NCBI GenBank assembly: GCA_963804165.1
Contig: CAWDPO010000024.1
Coordinates: 174,098 to 238,097, forward strand
Source: an uncultured delta proteobacterium
Lineage (GTDB): Bacteria > Desulfobacterota > Binatia > UBA9968
Direction of reading: 5' to 3'
DNA length: 64,000 nt
The position numbers and the translations under genes were made by a program. Positions 42,498 to 54,970 of the stretch are shown piece by piece (the stretch's first letter is position 1; each line of letters begins with the position of its first letter). Under the pieces are notes generated by a model that was not told the origin of the DNA, searched no databases, and saw only the letters and a program-made list of their open reading frames with translations.

Positions 42498-42649
42498 TTT
42501 GCCTCCTTATTCGCCGGCTGAAATAAAATCCGCGACAACCGGCGGTCGCTCACCGATGTGAAAGCCTACACTTCTTCGGCCTCGTGATCCGCCACCGTGA
42601 CCCGCTCTTGCTTGCGCATGTACTCCGCCCGGGATCTCCTTGTTTCCTT

Positions 42650-43466
42650 TGTCGACGACGATGAAGCGCTTAGCAGCGATACAGCTCTGCCCGCTGTTAA
42701 TCAGGCGCGCCTCTGCCGCCATCTTCGCCGCTTTCTTAAGATCAGCGTCCCCGAGGACAATGAACGGGTCGCTCCCCCCTAGCTCGAGCACGGTTTTCTT
42801 GAGCTCACGGCCCGCCTGCTCTGCCACCTTGCTCCCGGCGCGATCGCTGCCGGTTAAGGTGACTGCCCGAATACGCGGATCCGCAATTATGGTGGGGACG
42901 CGATCGGTCGCCACGAGGGCCACGCGGAAGAGGCCCTCTGGAAACCCGGCCTCGCGAAAGACTTCCTCAATCTGAAGCGCGCAGCGCGGAACGTTGGAGG
43001 CATGCTTCAGGATTCCGGCGTTACCCGCCATGAGCGCTGGAGCGGCGAAGCGAAAGACCTGCCAGAAGGGAAAGTTCCAAGGCATGATGGCCAGCACCGG
43101 CCCGATGGGTTCGAACCGTACATAGCTGCGGGAAGCGTCGGTTTGTCGAGGCTCGTCCGCAAGAAAAGCCTCGGCGTGCTCAGCGTAATAGTCACAGACC
43201 CACGCGCACTTCTCCACTTCCGCTTCACCCTGGACAATCGGTTTCCCCATCTCGAGGGCCATGGTCCTTGCATACTTTTCCCTGTTGGTTCTCAGAATGC
43301 GGGCCGCTTCGCGCATCTTTTTTGCGCGATCCGCGAATGGACGGCTATGCCAGTCGCGAAACATCGTGTGTGCGGCTTCCAGAATCCGATCGATTTCGCT
43401 TGTTGTCGTTTCCTGAAAACTCTCCAAGACTTCACCCGTGGCTGGATTGATGGATTGGATGCTCAT
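42650..43466 (-). pseudogene. gabD: 5' half of split succinate-semialdehyde dehydrogenase
   Basis: SINPATGE, IMPWNFPFWQ, LTGSDRAG, LELGGSDPF and GQSCIAAKRFIVVDK, then unrelated sequence. Confidence 0.85.
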
Positions 43467-43481
43467 TTGACGCCTCCTAAC

Positions 43482-45131
43482 TCAAATAGGGCAGACCCAA
43501 GCCCCCAATTTTTCGGTCAGCCTCAAGTTCTCACTATAGTCAACGGGGCAAGCCACCACCGCCGGCACCCGCTGGCGGAACGCCTCATCGAGGATCCGCA
43601 GAAGCTCCCCTGCGACGCTAACCCGGTATCCCTTGCACCCAAAGGACTCGGCCAGGGCGACAAAGTCCGGGTTACTGAAATTTACGAAGGCGGGCCGCCC
43701 GTAGCGCTTTAGCTGCTTCCATTTAATTACGCCGTAACCCAAGTCCTCGAAAATGAGTGCGACAAAACTCGTCCCTGCCCGAACGGCCGTCTCCAGTTCG
43801 TGCGCGGTCATAAGGAATCCCCCGTCACCGCAGGCCGCCAGCACGCGCCGCTCTGGATAGAGGAGCTTAGCGCCGATCGCTCCAGGGAGGGCAATTCCCA
43901 TGCTGGCAAACCCGTTGGAGATGATACAGGTGTTGGGGCGAGCGCACCCATACATACGCGCAATCCAAAGTTTGTGTGCGCCGACATCGCTAATCAGGAT
44001 GTCATTTTCGCCTAGTACTTCTCTTAGGGCACGGACCACCTGCTGCGGCTTCAGAGGGAACGCGTCACCCTCAGCCTCGGCGCGAAACTCCTTTTGGATA
44101 ATCTCTTTTAGCGCGCCGGCACCGCGGCTCGAGCCGGAATCCGCACGCGCCGAGGCGCGTTGTGCAATTCGCGTCAGCGATTCGGCAATCTGCCCTTGGA
44201 CACCGACGGCTACCTGATAGGCAGCGTCCACCTCGGCCGGCGATGGATCGATGTGCACGATGCGCTTGTCCTGCCTCGGATTCCACCGTTCCGGCGCGTA
44301 CTCGACGAGGTCGTAGCCGACGCAGATGATCACGTCTGCCCGATCGAGCCCACATGAAACGTAATCGTGCTCCTGGAGACCCACGGTCCCCAAACACAGC
44401 GCGTGCGCGTCGGGGACGCTCCCTTTTCCCATGAATGTTTCCACCACCGGGATGCCGAGCGTATCAATGAAATGGCGGAGAGCGTCGCTCGCACGGCCTC
44501 GCGCCACCCCATTACCGGCGAGGACGAGGGGATCTCGCGCCTCCGAAATGATCTTCGCTGCCCGCACAATCTGCTGGTCAAGAGGTTCAGTCGGAAAAGC
44601 TTGTTGCGGCAACAGCGGCTCAAGACCCGAGGGCGTCTCCGCATCCGCCACATCTTCAGGGAGGTCTAGATGAGTAGCCCCCGGCTTCTCTGTCTGCGCT
44701 ACCTTGAAGGCCTTGCGCACCGCTTCCGGCACAACCTGAGGGCGGACGAGCTGCGCGTTCCACTTCACCGCCGGTCGATAGAGCGAGATCAGGTCGAGAT
44801 ACTGATGCGACTCCTTATGAAAACGCTCGGTCCCTGCCTGCGCAGTGATCGCGACGAGAGGTGCCCGGTCCATGTTCGCATCGGCGACGCCCGTTAGCAG
44901 ATTCGTTGCACCTGGGCCGAGGGTCGCGAGGCAAACGCTCGCCTTCCCGGTGAGCCGGCCCTGGACGTCGGCCATGAAAGCCGCGCCCTGCTCGTGGCGC
45001 GTCTGGAGAAAGCGAATTTTGGAATCAAGAATGGCCTCCAGCACGGCGAGGTTCTCTTCGCCTGGCACGCCGAACATGTGCTCGAGCCGCTCGTTCTCGA
45101 GACAGCGGACTAAGAGCTCTGCTCCTGTCAT
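43482..45131 (-). CDS. acetolactate synthase large subunit-like TPP enzyme
   Basis: FGVPGEEN, RHEQGAAF, LGPGATN, SDVGAHK and GDGGF. Confidence 0.88.
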   Translation of the reverse strand: MTGAELLVRCLENERLEHMFGVPGEENLAVLEAILDSKIRFLQTRHEQGAAFMADVQGRLTGKASVCLATLGPGATNLLTGVADANMDRAPLVAITAQAGTERFHKESHQYLDLISLYRPAVKWNAQLVRPQVVPEAVRKAFKVAQTEKPGATHLDLPEDVADAETPSGLEPLLPQQAFPTEPLDQQIVRAAKIISEARDPLVLAGNGVARGRASDALRHFIDTLGIPVVETFMGKGSVPDAHALCLGTVGLQEHDYVSCGLDRADVIICVGYDLVEYAPERWNPRQDKRIVHIDPSPAEVDAAYQVAVGVQGQIAESLTRIAQRASARADSGSSRGAGALKEIIQKEFRAEAEGDAFPLKPQQVVRALREVLGENDILISDVGAHKLWIARMYGCARPNTCIISNGFASMGIALPGAIGAKLLYPERRVLAACGDGGFLMTAHELETAVRAGTSFVALIFEDLGYGVIKWKQLKRYGRPAFVNFSNPDFVALAESFGCKGYRVSVAGELLRILDEAFRQRVPAVVACPVDYSENLRLTEKLGAWVCPI

Positions 45132-45205
45132 GCTTCATCTCCCTTCGTGGGGAAAGAACTGTGTACCTCGATCAACTCTCTCATGTAGCGTTATCGTCGC
45201 GATGT

Positions 45206-45451
45206 TCACTTCTTTCCGTATTTTTTCTTGAAACGATCGATGCGACCTCCCGTATCGAGAACACGCTGTTTTCCAGTGAAGAATGGATGCGACGCCGATG
45301 ATATCTCAAGCCTTATCAGCGGATAGCTCTTGCCGTCTTTCCACTTGATGGTCTCTTTTGAATCCATCGTTGATGTTCCAAGAAAGGAAAAATCTGAAGA
45401 GATGTCTTTAAAAACAACCTGACGAACCTTCGGATGAATATTTTTTCTCAT
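45206..45451 (-). CDS. rpmE2: 50S ribosomal protein L31 type B
   Basis: MRKNIHP...VFKD...[28 protein letters not shown]; no CxxC. Confidence 0.93.
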   Translation of the reverse strand: MRKNIHPKVRQVVFKDISSDFSFLGTSTMDSKETIKWKDGKSYPLIRLEISSASHPFFTGKQRVLDTGGRIDRFKKKYGKK

Positions 45452-45499
45452 TTTGTTGGATCCTTCGATTTCGCTGGGCTTTTCATTCGTTTTTTCAAA

Positions 45500-47567
45500 T
45501 CAAATACCCGCAAAAAACATGACCACCGAGCGCGCCTCGGCGCGGTAGGAGTAGCCGGGAACCGATTCTGCGGTCTCCCAAGATAGGATGTCGTGCGGGG
45601 AGTCAAGGGCTGTGTCGATCCAGCGGCGCCATGCAGTTTCACTCGTGTTTTTCACCTGCGGCAGCTCGAAATCGAGCGCCTCCCAATAAGCGTTCAAGAT
45701 CATGTGAAAGAGCATCTTTTCTCTCCGGATTTCCATGGTGAACGCAACGCTGTGGGAAAACTCGCCCCAGTCGGGCTGGCTCAGTTTCACGCCGTGCCAG
45801 ACTACGTTGGCTCTGCGGAGGAGCTGGCACAAGCTTACGCGCTGGCCATCGGTTTCCAAGTCTCGTAAGAGGCGTCGCGTATTGAGCAGAGTCACGAACC
45901 GATGAACATCTGCGTGCTTCGCGAGTAGCGTCCAGTCGAACCAACTGGTTTCGTTGTCCTGGCAGTAGGCATTATTGTTGCCGTATTGTGTGTGCCGCGC
46001 TTCGTCACCCATGAGAAACATGGGCAGACCCGCAGACAACATCGTTACGGCCAAAAAGTTCTTCACCTGCCGGTTTCTGAGCTTTTCCACAGCGGGATCA
46101 TCGGTGGGACCTTCGACGCCGCAGTTCCAGCTCCGATTGTCGTTGGCGCCGTCGCGATTGTTTTCGCCATTCGCTTCATTGTGCTTTTGGTCATAAGAGA
46201 CGAGGTCGTTCAATGTAAAGCCGTCATGACACGTCACATAGTTAACACTTTGCTCAGCCTCGCGTTCTTCATGAGCGTAAATTGCGGGGCTACCGAGCAA
46301 GCGGTCAGCAAACCGTCCGACAGACCCGTCTTCCCCACGGAAAAAACTCCGCACGTCATCGCGGAACCGCCCATTCCATTCCTTCCAACAATCGCCGATG
46401 AAGCTGCCTACCTGGTAGAGGCCGGTCGCATCCCACGCCTCCGCGATGAGCTTGGTGCCGGCGAGCACAGGATCCGATTCAATGTCCCACAATACAGGCG
46501 GGTTCGGGATCAATTGGCCTGACTCATCCCGCCCGAGGATCGCCGCCAGATCGAATCGGAAGCCGTCCACGTGCATCTCCTCGACCCAATAACGAAGGCT
46601 GTCGACGATCATTCGGCGAACGATCGGTTGATTAGCGCTGAGCGTATTGCCGGTGCCGCTGTAATCGGCATAGCGTGCGCGGTCCTTGTCGAGAATGTAA
46701 TAAGTGCTGTTGTCCAAGCCACGCAAACTCAAGGTCGGGCCATTATGGTCGCCTTCTGCTGTGTGGTTGAACACAACGTCGAGAATAACCTCGATACCTG
46801 CCCGGTGCAGCGCCTTGACCATATCGCGGAACTCATCGATCGGTCCGAGCGAGTCTCGGCGCGAACTGTACGCCTGGTGCGGCGCAAAAAATGAGACCGG
46901 CGCATAGCCCCAGTAGTTGACCAGCCCCAGCGGGGAATCCTGAGGGTCAAACTGAAACACCGGCATCAGTTCGACTGCCGTTACACCGAGCTCGTGCAGG
47001 TACGGGATTTTCTCGATCAGCCCCGCAAAGGTGCCGCGTGTTTGCTCCGCGACACAGGAACTCGGATGACTCGTAAAGCCGCGCACATGCATTTCATAGA
47101 TGATAGTCCGGGACGAGGACCGGTTGAGCGGCATGTCGCCTTCCCAGTCGTACGCACATGGATCCACCACAACACTCTTCATCGCCGTCGCGCAATTGTC
47201 GCCTTCCTTCTGGGCCGCCTCGCGACTGTAATTCTTCGGAACAACGGTGCCGCGTCCATATGGATCCAGGAGGACCTTGGCGACGATCGAACCGCATTCC
47301 ACTCGAAAGATCGTATGGCCCCTCAGCTCGATAGCCGTAGATCTGCCCCGCTCTCACGCCCGGCACGAATACATGCCAGTAGTGATACGTGCGGTTGGTT
47401 GAAGCATCGATGCGGATCACACGTGCAGGCGCGGCGTCATCGACGCAATCAAAGAGGAGGAGCTCGACTGCCGTTGCATGCTTTGAGTAGACGCTAAAGT
47501 TTGCCCCTTCAACAGAAAGTGTCGCTCCGAGAGGAGAACTCCGGCCTTCGGTGGTTTCTTGTGTCAC
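45500..47567 (-). CDS. glgX: glycogen debranching enzyme (isoamylase), frameshift near 47285
   Basis: PLGAT, IIYEMHVRGF, NYWGY, DVVFNHT, DGFRFDLA and CHDGFTL. Confidence 0.92.
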
Positions 47568-47608
47568 TGTGCTCGAAAGTTTTCGCGGCTTACACGAGTT
47601 TCGGATAT

Positions 47609-47781
47609 CTCACCACAGAGACACCGGTCATGAGAAAAATCAAAAATCATCAAAAATTGCAAATTCTGCCTGAACGAAATCAAGTACTTGCAACTGCTGA
47701 TTTTTGCGAAAAGGGATTTCATCACCGAGGACACGGGGAAGAGAAATAAGAGACGCTGCATGCTCTGCGCTTCTGTGGTCA
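47609..47781. repeat. palindromic repeat remnant
   Basis: caccacagagacac ... caccgaggacac ... ctctgcgcttctgtggt. Confidence 0.45.
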
Positions 47782-47823
47782 ATTCTATTCTCCTATTGTC
47801 GTTGCGGATCTGCCGCGTACCAT

Positions 47824-49887
47824 TTTAATTCCTGCCCGAGCAATTCCGTTGCAGCCGTCACCACTTGGTCCGGTTCGAATCCAAACTTTCTCTGCAAGTT
47901 CTTTTAGCGGCGCCGATGCTCCGAACGTTTTCATGCCGATCATACGCCCCGACCTGCCGATGTATCGCTCCCATCCGAAAGTCGATGCCTGCTCCACCGC
48001 GACGCGCGCCGTCACCTGCGGCGGTAGCACTTCATCCTGATACTCCTGTGTCTGATGCTCGAATATGTCCCAGGATGGCATCGATACAACACGCGATCGG
48101 ATGCCCTCGGCAACGAGCTTCTCGTGCGCTTCCACGGCAAGACTCACCTCACTGCCCGATGCGATGAGAATCACTTCGGGGTTCCCGCGCGAAGCGTCAG
48201 CGAGCACATAGGCGCCGCGCGCGACTCCAGATGCCGGCGGCGTACTTCTTCCGATCCAGTGTCGGCAACGGCTGGCGCGACAGCACCAGAACAGCCGGCT
48301 GGTGACGTAGCTGCATAATGTAGCGGTAGGCTTCAACGACCTCGTTGGCATCGCCGGGCCGCAGAGTGACCAACCCAGGGATCGCGCGCAACGATGCCAG
48401 ATGCTCTACCGGCTGATGAGTCGGGCCGTCTTCACCGTCACCCATCGCGTCGTGTGTGAAGATAAATATGGTTGGGAGTTCCATCAAAGCCGATAGCCGG
48501 ATCGCCGGCCGCGCGTAGTCGCTGAAGATGAAGAACGTCGCACCGAAAGCGCGGAGCTTGGATAGCGAGAGCCCGTTCACCGTTGCGGCCATCGCATGCT
48601 CGCGGATGCCGAAGTGCAGATTTTTCCCTGCCCGGTTATCGGCCTCGAAGTCTCCCGCGTCCTTGAACGTCAGAGTGGTCTTATTCGAAGGCCCAAGATC
48701 GGCGGAGCCACCAAGAAACCAAGGAATGTTCTGGGCAAGAACGTTCAGCACTTTGCCTGAGGCGTCTCTGCCTGCGATGCCTTTCGGATCTGCCGGGAAC
48801 ACCGGTAGATCGCGGTCCCACCCGGCAGGCAGTTCGCGCCGCTGCATCTGCTCGATCTCGGTTGCCAGTTCAGGATACCTGGCTTCGATAGGCGGCGAAG
48901 AGTTCCGTCCATTGTTGCCGGGACTTCGCGCCGCGCGCGCCGACGCCGGCGGCAAAGTGTTCATAGACGCCGTCGGGCACAAGAAACTTGGCATCCTCGG
49001 GCCAGCCGTAGAACTTCTTAGAGAGGCGGATCTCATCATCACCGAGAGGCTCGCCGTGGGCGGCAGCAGTGTCCTGTCTATGCGGGGATCCATAACCAAT
49101 GTGACTGTCCAGCACGATGAACGTGGGGCGGTCTTTGGTCTTGTGAAAGATATCGAGGGCGTGCTCGATGCGCTCGATATCGTTGGCGTCGCCGACGCGC
49201 AAAACGTTCCAGCCGTAAGCCAGAAAGCGCGCCTCGACGTCCTCCGTAAAGGTGATGCGCGTCTGCCCCTCGATGGTGATGTGGTTGTTGTCGTAGATCC
49301 AACAAAGGTTGTCGAGGCCCAAATGACCCGCTAGCGACGCTGCTTCCGACGCGACGCCTTCCATCAGGCAGCCGTCTCCGCAAACCGCATAAATATTGTA
49401 GTTGAAAATCTCAAAGCCGGGCCGGTTGTAACGGTTGGCGAGCCACTTCTCGCCAATGCCCATCCCGACGCTCGTAGCAACGCCTTGCCCGAGTGGACCG
49501 GTCGTGGTTTCAACGCCTGAAACCCAATGATACTCGGGATGCCCCGGGGCTTTGCTGTCGAGTTGCCGGAAGTGGCGAATGTCATCGAGCGAAACCGATG
49601 GATGACCGAGGCTTTCGTATTCAGCGTTGACCGCCTGCGTGCGCGTGAGATGGAGCACCGACCAGAGCAGCATCGAGGCGTGGCCGTTTGAGAGCACGAA
49701 GCGATCGCGGTTGGGCCAGATCGGGATCCTGCGGATCGAAGCGCATGACGCGATTCCAGATCGTATAAACCAGCGGCGCAAGCGCCATCGGCGTGCCGGG
49801 GTGCCCGGACTTGGCCTGCTGTACCGCATCCATTGAGAGCGTGCGAATTGTATTGATCGCCAATTGAGTCATGTTTTCGTCTGTCAT
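47824..49887 (-). CDS. tkt: transketolase (several frameshifts)
   Basis: SGHPGTPM, RDRFVLSNGH, GDGCLMEG, HFGIREHAM, THD..GEDGPTHQP and TFGASAP. Confidence 0.92.
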
Positions 49888-49983
49888 GGATTTCTCCTAT
49901 GCCTTGATTGCGACCCGGTTAATTTTTTATTCACCACGAAAGTGGGTCTTGATCTTACGCTCACCCGCTGGCGGTCTCAGTTT

Positions 49984-50063
49984 CGTCATTCCCGCATGCT
50001 TTTAGCGGGAATCCAGGCGAATTTCGGACTGGACCCCCGATTAAAACGTTCGGGGGTGACGAG
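49984..50063. repeat. dRS3/REP-like palindrome
   Basis: cgtcattcccgc-atgctttta-gcgggaatcca ... tggacccccga-ttaaaacgt-tcgggggtgacg. Confidence 0.7.
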
Positions 50064-50103
50064 CTGAGATTTCGGATCTCATTTTCTGTGCGCGAGTGTA
50101 AGC

Positions 50104-50834
50104 TCATGCATCACTTCCTCGCTCAAACTTGTTTTTTGCCTTCAAGTGTCCTGCCGCCGCCTGGTCGGCGAGAACCAAGGCGTTATCGCGCTGAATCCGG
50201 CCGGCTGGAATCGTCACATCGCCGTCGCGCAAGCGCGCTAGCGCTGCAACTTTGTCCTTTCCGGTCACGAGCCAGAGGATGCTGCGTGCGCGGTTGAGAA
50301 TCGGATACGTCAACGTCATCCGGCGCCTGCCCTGGTAGAATCCAGTCAGTCGCGACATCTGAGTCGGTGACATTCAGAACCGGATCTCCAGGTACCAGGG
50401 ACGCAGTGTGGCCGTCCGGGCCGAGACCGAGATGGACAAGATCGAGCACCGGCGGCGAGCCGGCGATCTCTTTGAGAATGTCCGCATAGCGTTCGGCCTG
50501 CGCTCTCCAGCTCCGGCGACTTCCACCGGCATTGCATGGATCTGGCCTCGCGCGCAGCGGCGCATGCTCAAGCAAGCTTTCATACAAGTGCGTGAGGTTT
50601 CGATCGGAGTGTCCCCCAGGCGCGACGCGCTCGTCCACTTGCACTACATGTACGGCTTCCCAGGGAACATCTTCGTTCGCTAGGGCGCGCAGCATTTGCC
50701 ACGGCGTGTGGCCGCCGCTGACGGCGACAATAAAACGGCCGCGCGCCTTCACTGCCGCTCGAGCCTCTACGGCGATGATCTCGGCAGCCCTTTCCGCGCG
50801 ACAGCATCGGCATCGGGAAGTATTTCAATTTTCA
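50104..50834 (-). CDS. pgl: 6-phosphogluconolactonase (frameshifted)
   Basis: AVSGGHTP, VDERVAP, LGLGPDGHTASL and RMTLTYP. Confidence 0.88.
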
Positions 50835-50899
50835 TGATTCTCACTGAAATGGAGTGATGGCTTCCACTAATACTCGAAGCTACATCACTCCTTCATCCG

Positions 50900-52264
50900 C
50901 TACCTCGGATTATGCCATCCCCCAACCGGCGAAACTCTCTCGTCGACCTCATGCGGTCCCCAGCTACTTGGCTCGTACCCGTAGACCGGAGTGCCAGCCT
51001 TCAGCACCGGATCAACGATCCGCCATGCCTCTTCGACATAGTCCTCGCGGGCGAACAGGCTCGCGTCTCCGGCCATGGCATCGCCGAGCACCCGTTCGTA
51101 AGCATCCATTTCGTCTGCAGCGGGGCAATGGCTCGCCAAAAGTTCCACCGTCTCGCCATTGTCTTCAGCCGGCGCCAGAACATTCATGCCGAACGCAAGC
51201 GTAACATCCGGACTGATCCGAAAACGACAATAGTTCGGCTTGAGATCGAATCCTCGCAACATTGTTGGAGGCTGATGCAATTGTACAAGAATCTCAGTGC
51301 AGGTAACGGGCAACGATTTTCCCGCCCTGATATAAAAGGGGACTCCTCTCCAGCGCCAGGAATCGATCTCCAGTTGGAGCGCCACAAACGTATCAACCTC
51401 CGAATTTGGAGCCACGCCGTTTTCGTTGCGATAGCCGCGGAACTGCCCGCGAACAACATTCCTCGGCTCCAGTGGATGAATTGAGCGGAGAACCTTGACC
51501 TTTTCGTCACGCACAGACTCGCTGTCATTTCTCGCCGGCGGCTCCATCGTCAGGTTCGCCAAGACTTGGAAAAGGTGGTTTTGAACGACGTCACGGATAG
51601 CGCCCGTCTGATCATAAAAAGCGCCGCGTCCCTGGACGCCGAAATTTTCCGCCATCGTCATTTGCACACTCTCGATATGATTGCGATTCCAGAACGGTTC
51701 CAAAAATGCGTTGGCGAAGCGCAGAAACAACATGTTCTGCACTGGCCTTTTTCCGAGATAGTGGTCGATGCGGAAGATTCTCTTCTCGTCGAAAGTGCCG
51801 AGCAAAGTTTCGTTGAGCTGCTGCGCAGACAGGAGGTCGTGACCGAATGGTTTCTCGATGATGACACGCGCGCCGTTCTGACATCCAGCTTTGGCGAGTT
51901 GTTGCACGACTGCGCCGAACAGCGAAGGCGGGATCGCGAGATAGTATGCTGGCTGCCGCGCGGAACCCAACTCCTTACGAAGGACCTGAAAAGTCGCAGG
52001 GTCTTGATAGTCGCCGGAAACGTAGCGCAACAACGTGCACAATTTGTCGAACGCGGCGGGATCGATCCCTCCGTGTTTCTCGAGGCTGTTCCTGGCCCGC
52101 TCGCGGAACTGGTCGAGACTCCAACCACGTCTCGCCACACCGATGATCGGCACATCAAGGTGGCCGCGCTTTAGCATCGCCTGCAGCGCCGGAAAAATTT
52201 TCTTGTCAGCAAGATCTCCAGTAGCGCCGAAGAAGACCAGGGCATCCGAATGGGAATTGTTCAT
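50900..52264 (-). CDS. zwf: glucose-6-phosphate 1-dehydrogenase
   Basis: [23 protein letters not shown] and RDVVQNH. Confidence 0.95.
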   Translation of the reverse strand: MNNSHSDALVFFGATGDLADKKIFPALQAMLKRGHLDVPIIGVARRGWSLDQFRERARNSLEKHGGIDPAAFDKLCTLLRYVSGDYQDPATFQVLRKELGSARQPAYYLAIPPSLFGAVVQQLAKAGCQNGARVIIEKPFGHDLLSAQQLNETLLGTFDEKRIFRIDHYLGKRPVQNMLFLRFANAFLEPFWNRNHIESVQMTMAENFGVQGRGAFYDQTGAIRDVVQNHLFQVLANLTMEPPARNDSESVRDEKVKVLRSIHPLEPRNVVRGQFRGYRNENGVAPNSEVDTFVALQLEIDSWRWRGVPFYIRAGKSLPVTCTEILVQLHQPPTMLRGFDLKPNYCRFRISPDVTLAFGMNVLAPAEDNGETVELLASHCPAADEMDAYERVLGDAMAGDASLFAREDYVEEAWRIVDPVLKAGTPVYGYEPSSWGPHEVDERVSPVGGWHNPR

Positions 52265-52274
52265 ATCTTGCTCC

Positions 52275-53297
52275 TCATTTGGTGGGTTTTTCCAGGTGCC
52301 CGCCGAACTCATAGCGCATCGCCGAGAGCAGTTTATCCGCGAAATCTGCTTCGCCGCGCGAGCTAAAGCGCTCATACAGAGCGGCACTCAGGACATGAGC
52401 GGGCACGGACTCGTCGATGGCCGCCTTAATGGTCCAGCGCCCTTCGCCGGAATCGGAGACACGCCCTGCGAACTTCGATAGGGCCGGATCCGCAACCAGG
52501 GCGGTCGCAGTTAGATCCAGCAGCCACGATGCGATTACGCTGCCGCGACGCCAGACCTCCGCGATATCAGGCAGATTGAGGTCGTATTGATAATGCTCAG
52601 GGTTGCGTAACGGCGTCGTCTCGGCATCCATCTCATGTGTTTGCTTTCCTACGTTGGCGCTATGCAGCACTCCCAGCCCCTCGGCATAAGCGGCCATGAT
52701 GCCGTACTCGATCCCGTTGTGAACCATTTTGACAAAGTGGCCGGCACCGTTTGGCCCGCAATGCAGATAACCTTGCTCCGCCGTGCCGCCAGCCTTTTCA
52801 CGCCTGGGTGTGCGCGGGATATCGCCTCCGCCGGGAGCCAAGGTCGCAAAGATTGGATCGAGGTGCTTGACTACGTTCTGCTCGCCGCCAATCATCATGC
52901 AGTAACCGCGCTCCAGCCCCCAAACCCCACCGCTCGTCCCCACGTCTATATAATGGATGCCTTTCGAGGCGAGTTCCCTCGCACGCCGGATATCGTCAAT
53001 GTAATAGGAGTTGCCGCCATCGATTAGGATGTCCTCCGTCTCAAGATGAGGCAGGAGATCTGCGATACTCTGATCCACGACCGCTGCCGGAACCATCAAC
53101 CAGACGGCCCGCGGCTTTGTAAGCTTCTTCACAAAATCGGCTAGCGAGGATGAGCCAACAGCCTTTTCCGCAGCCAGCTCCTCAACCGCTTTTAGCGATC
53201 TGTCGAAGACCACGCATTGATGGCCTCCTTTAAGTAATCGCCGCGCCATGTTCGCGCCCATTCTGCCAAGACCAATCATTCCGATTTGCATACTCAA
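52275..53297 (-). CDS. gnd: 6-phosphogluconate dehydrogenase (short, YqeC type)
   Basis: [29 protein letters not shown] and DSGEGRWT. Confidence 0.95.
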   Translation of the reverse strand: MSMQIGMIGLGRMGANMARRLLKGGHQCVVFDRSLKAVEELAAEKAVGSSSLADFVKKLTKPRAVWLMVPAAVVDQSIADLLPHLETEDILIDGGNSYYIDDIRRARELASKGIHYIDVGTSGGVWGLERGYCMMIGGEQNVVKHLDPIFATLAPGGGDIPRTPRREKAGGTAEQGYLHCGPNGAGHFVKMVHNGIEYGIMAAYAEGLGVLHSANVGKQTHEMDAETTPLRNPEHYQYDLNLPDIAEVWRRGSVIASWLLDLTATALVADPALSKFAGRVSDSGEGRWTIKAAIDESVPAHVLSAALYERFSSRGEADFADKLLSAMRYEFGGHLEKPTK

Positions 53298-53318
53298 CTC
53301 CTCTTTCCGCGTGTTTTT

Positions 53319-54026
53319 TTAAACTTCGTGCTCTTCGCGTCTTTCGTCGTGAGTATTTCTGCTCTCAACGGCACTGCGAATTCGCTCCATCGCTGCAGCG
53401 ATATTTTCCTTTGCGCTAAAAATTGCCGAGCCTGCCACCAACACGTTGGCCCCGGCATCAACGACCAGTGGCGCAGTCACCGGATCGATGCCACCATCGA
53501 CCTCAAGGTCGCAGCCGGGCATGATCTCGTCGATCATCTGGCGGACCCGGCGAATCTTGGGCAAGGTCGTGCGGATGAAACGCTGATCGCCAAATCCCGG
53601 GTTGACCGTCATGACTAACACCTGATTCACGTCCTGGATAATCTCTTCCAGCACTGCGGCTGGGGTTGCCGGATTGATGGCAACTCCGACGCGTTTGTCG
53701 AGCGCCTTCACGCGCTGTACGGTGCGATGCAGATTGTTGTTGCCCTCCCAGTGGACTAGAAATGAATCAGAACCAGCTTCTACAAATTCTTTCACGAAGA
53801 AATCGGGATCCGCGATCATCATGTGGATTTCCAACGGCAAGCGGGTTATCCGCCGGAGGGATTCGACGATCGGTGCCCCCATCGAAAGGTTCGGCACGAA
53901 GTGCCCATCCATCACGTCAATGTGAATCCGATCGGCTCCTGCCCGTTCGGCCTCAGCCACCTGTTCGCCCAGACGGGCGAAATCGGCCGCGAGAATGGAA
54001 GGGGCAATTTTGATGATGTTGGTCAT
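53319..54026 (-). CDS. rpe: ribulose-phosphate 3-epimerase
   Basis: IAPSILAADF, HIDVMDGHFVPN, MTVNPGF and VDGGI. Confidence 0.95.
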   Translation of the reverse strand: MTNIIKIAPSILAADFARLGEQVAEAERAGADRIHIDVMDGHFVPNLSMGAPIVESLRRITRLPLEIHMMIADPDFFVKEFVEAGSDSFLVHWEGNNNLHRTVQRVKALDKRVGVAINPATPAAVLEEIIQDVNQVLVMTVNPGFGDQRFIRTTLPKIRRVRQMIDEIMPGCDLEVDGGIDPVTAPLVVDAGANVLVAGSAIFSAKENIAAAMERIRSAVESRNTHDERREEHEV

Positions 54027-54067
54027 ATTGTAGTGACGTTCTGGGACACGACACCAGAATGAGCCCT

Positions 54068-54970
54068 TCAGGTGTTGGATGCCTCGTAAATCTTCTGAAT
54101 CGATTCGTCGAGGAGCGCGTTGAACTCGGTATCGGACTGCTCGACCGACAGCCCTTCCACCAGCGCCCGCGAAAAGCTCGCCACCACACCGTGATTCCTG
54201 CGCAGGCGGTCGTTGGCTTCTTCCCGCGTAAATCCGCCCGACAGCGCAACCACTCTCAAAACTTTCGGATGTCTGACGCAATCAGCATAGAAGTCGTCCC
54301 GCTCCGGTAGCGTGAGCTTGAGCATAACCAGCTGCCCGGCCGGCAGTTCGTCGAGTTCCCTCAAGATGGCGGCTTTGAGGAATTCTTCCGCCTTCGCTCT
54401 TTCCGGGCAGTGAATGTCAACTTCCGGCTCGATGATCGGCAAGAGGCCGGCGGCGATGATCTGCCCGCCTACTTCGAACTGCTGACTCACGATGTCCTTG
54501 ATACCGGCGGCATTCGCTTGCTTGATGACCGAACGCATCTTGGTCCCGAAGATGCCCTTCGCTTTGGCTTTATCGAGGAGCCCGGCAAGCCCGGGCATGG
54601 GCTTCAACAACTGAACCCCGTTCTTCTCGGCCTCAACGCCTTCGTCCACTTTTAGAAACGGCACCACATGTTTCACGTTCCAGAGATAGTCCGCCGTAGG
54701 CCGCCTCTCGATGTCCCTGTCCATGGTGTTCTCGAACAGGATGGCGGCAATAATCCGTTCGCCGGTGAAGCTCGGGCTGGTCATGATGCGCGTGCGCATC
54801 TGATGCACGATCGCAAACATTTCATCGTCGCTGGACCAAGGACCTTCTTTAATTCCGTACAGACGCAGGGCGCCGGGCGTGCTGCCACCGCTTTGATCCA
54901 GCGCAGCGATGAAACCGCAACCTGTCGTCATCTGCTGCAGTTGCTGTTGGTTGGCGCCGAGCATTTTCAT
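54068..54970 (-). CDS. fda: class I fructose-bisphosphate aldolase (staphylococcal type)
   Basis: [36 protein letters not shown] and ASFSRAL. Confidence 0.9.
   Translation of the reverse strand: MKMLGANQQQLQQMTTGCGFIAALDQSGGSTPGALRLYGIKEGPWSSDDEMFAIVHQMRTRIMTSPSFTGERIIAAILFENTMDRDIERRPTADYLWNVKHVVPFLKVDEGVEAEKNGVQLLKPMPGLAGLLDKAKAKGIFGTKMRSVIKQANAAGIKDIVSQQFEVGGQIIAAGLLPIIEPEVDIHCPERAKAEEFLKAAILRELDELPAGQLVMLKLTLPERDDFYADCVRHPKVLRVVALSGGFTREEANDRLRRNHGVVASFSRALVEGLSVEQSDTEFNALLDESIQKIYEASNT

Noticed and set aside
47500-47910. ORFs between tkt and glgX
   Set aside because: They span a palindromic repeat and AT-rich filler with no protein-like signal.
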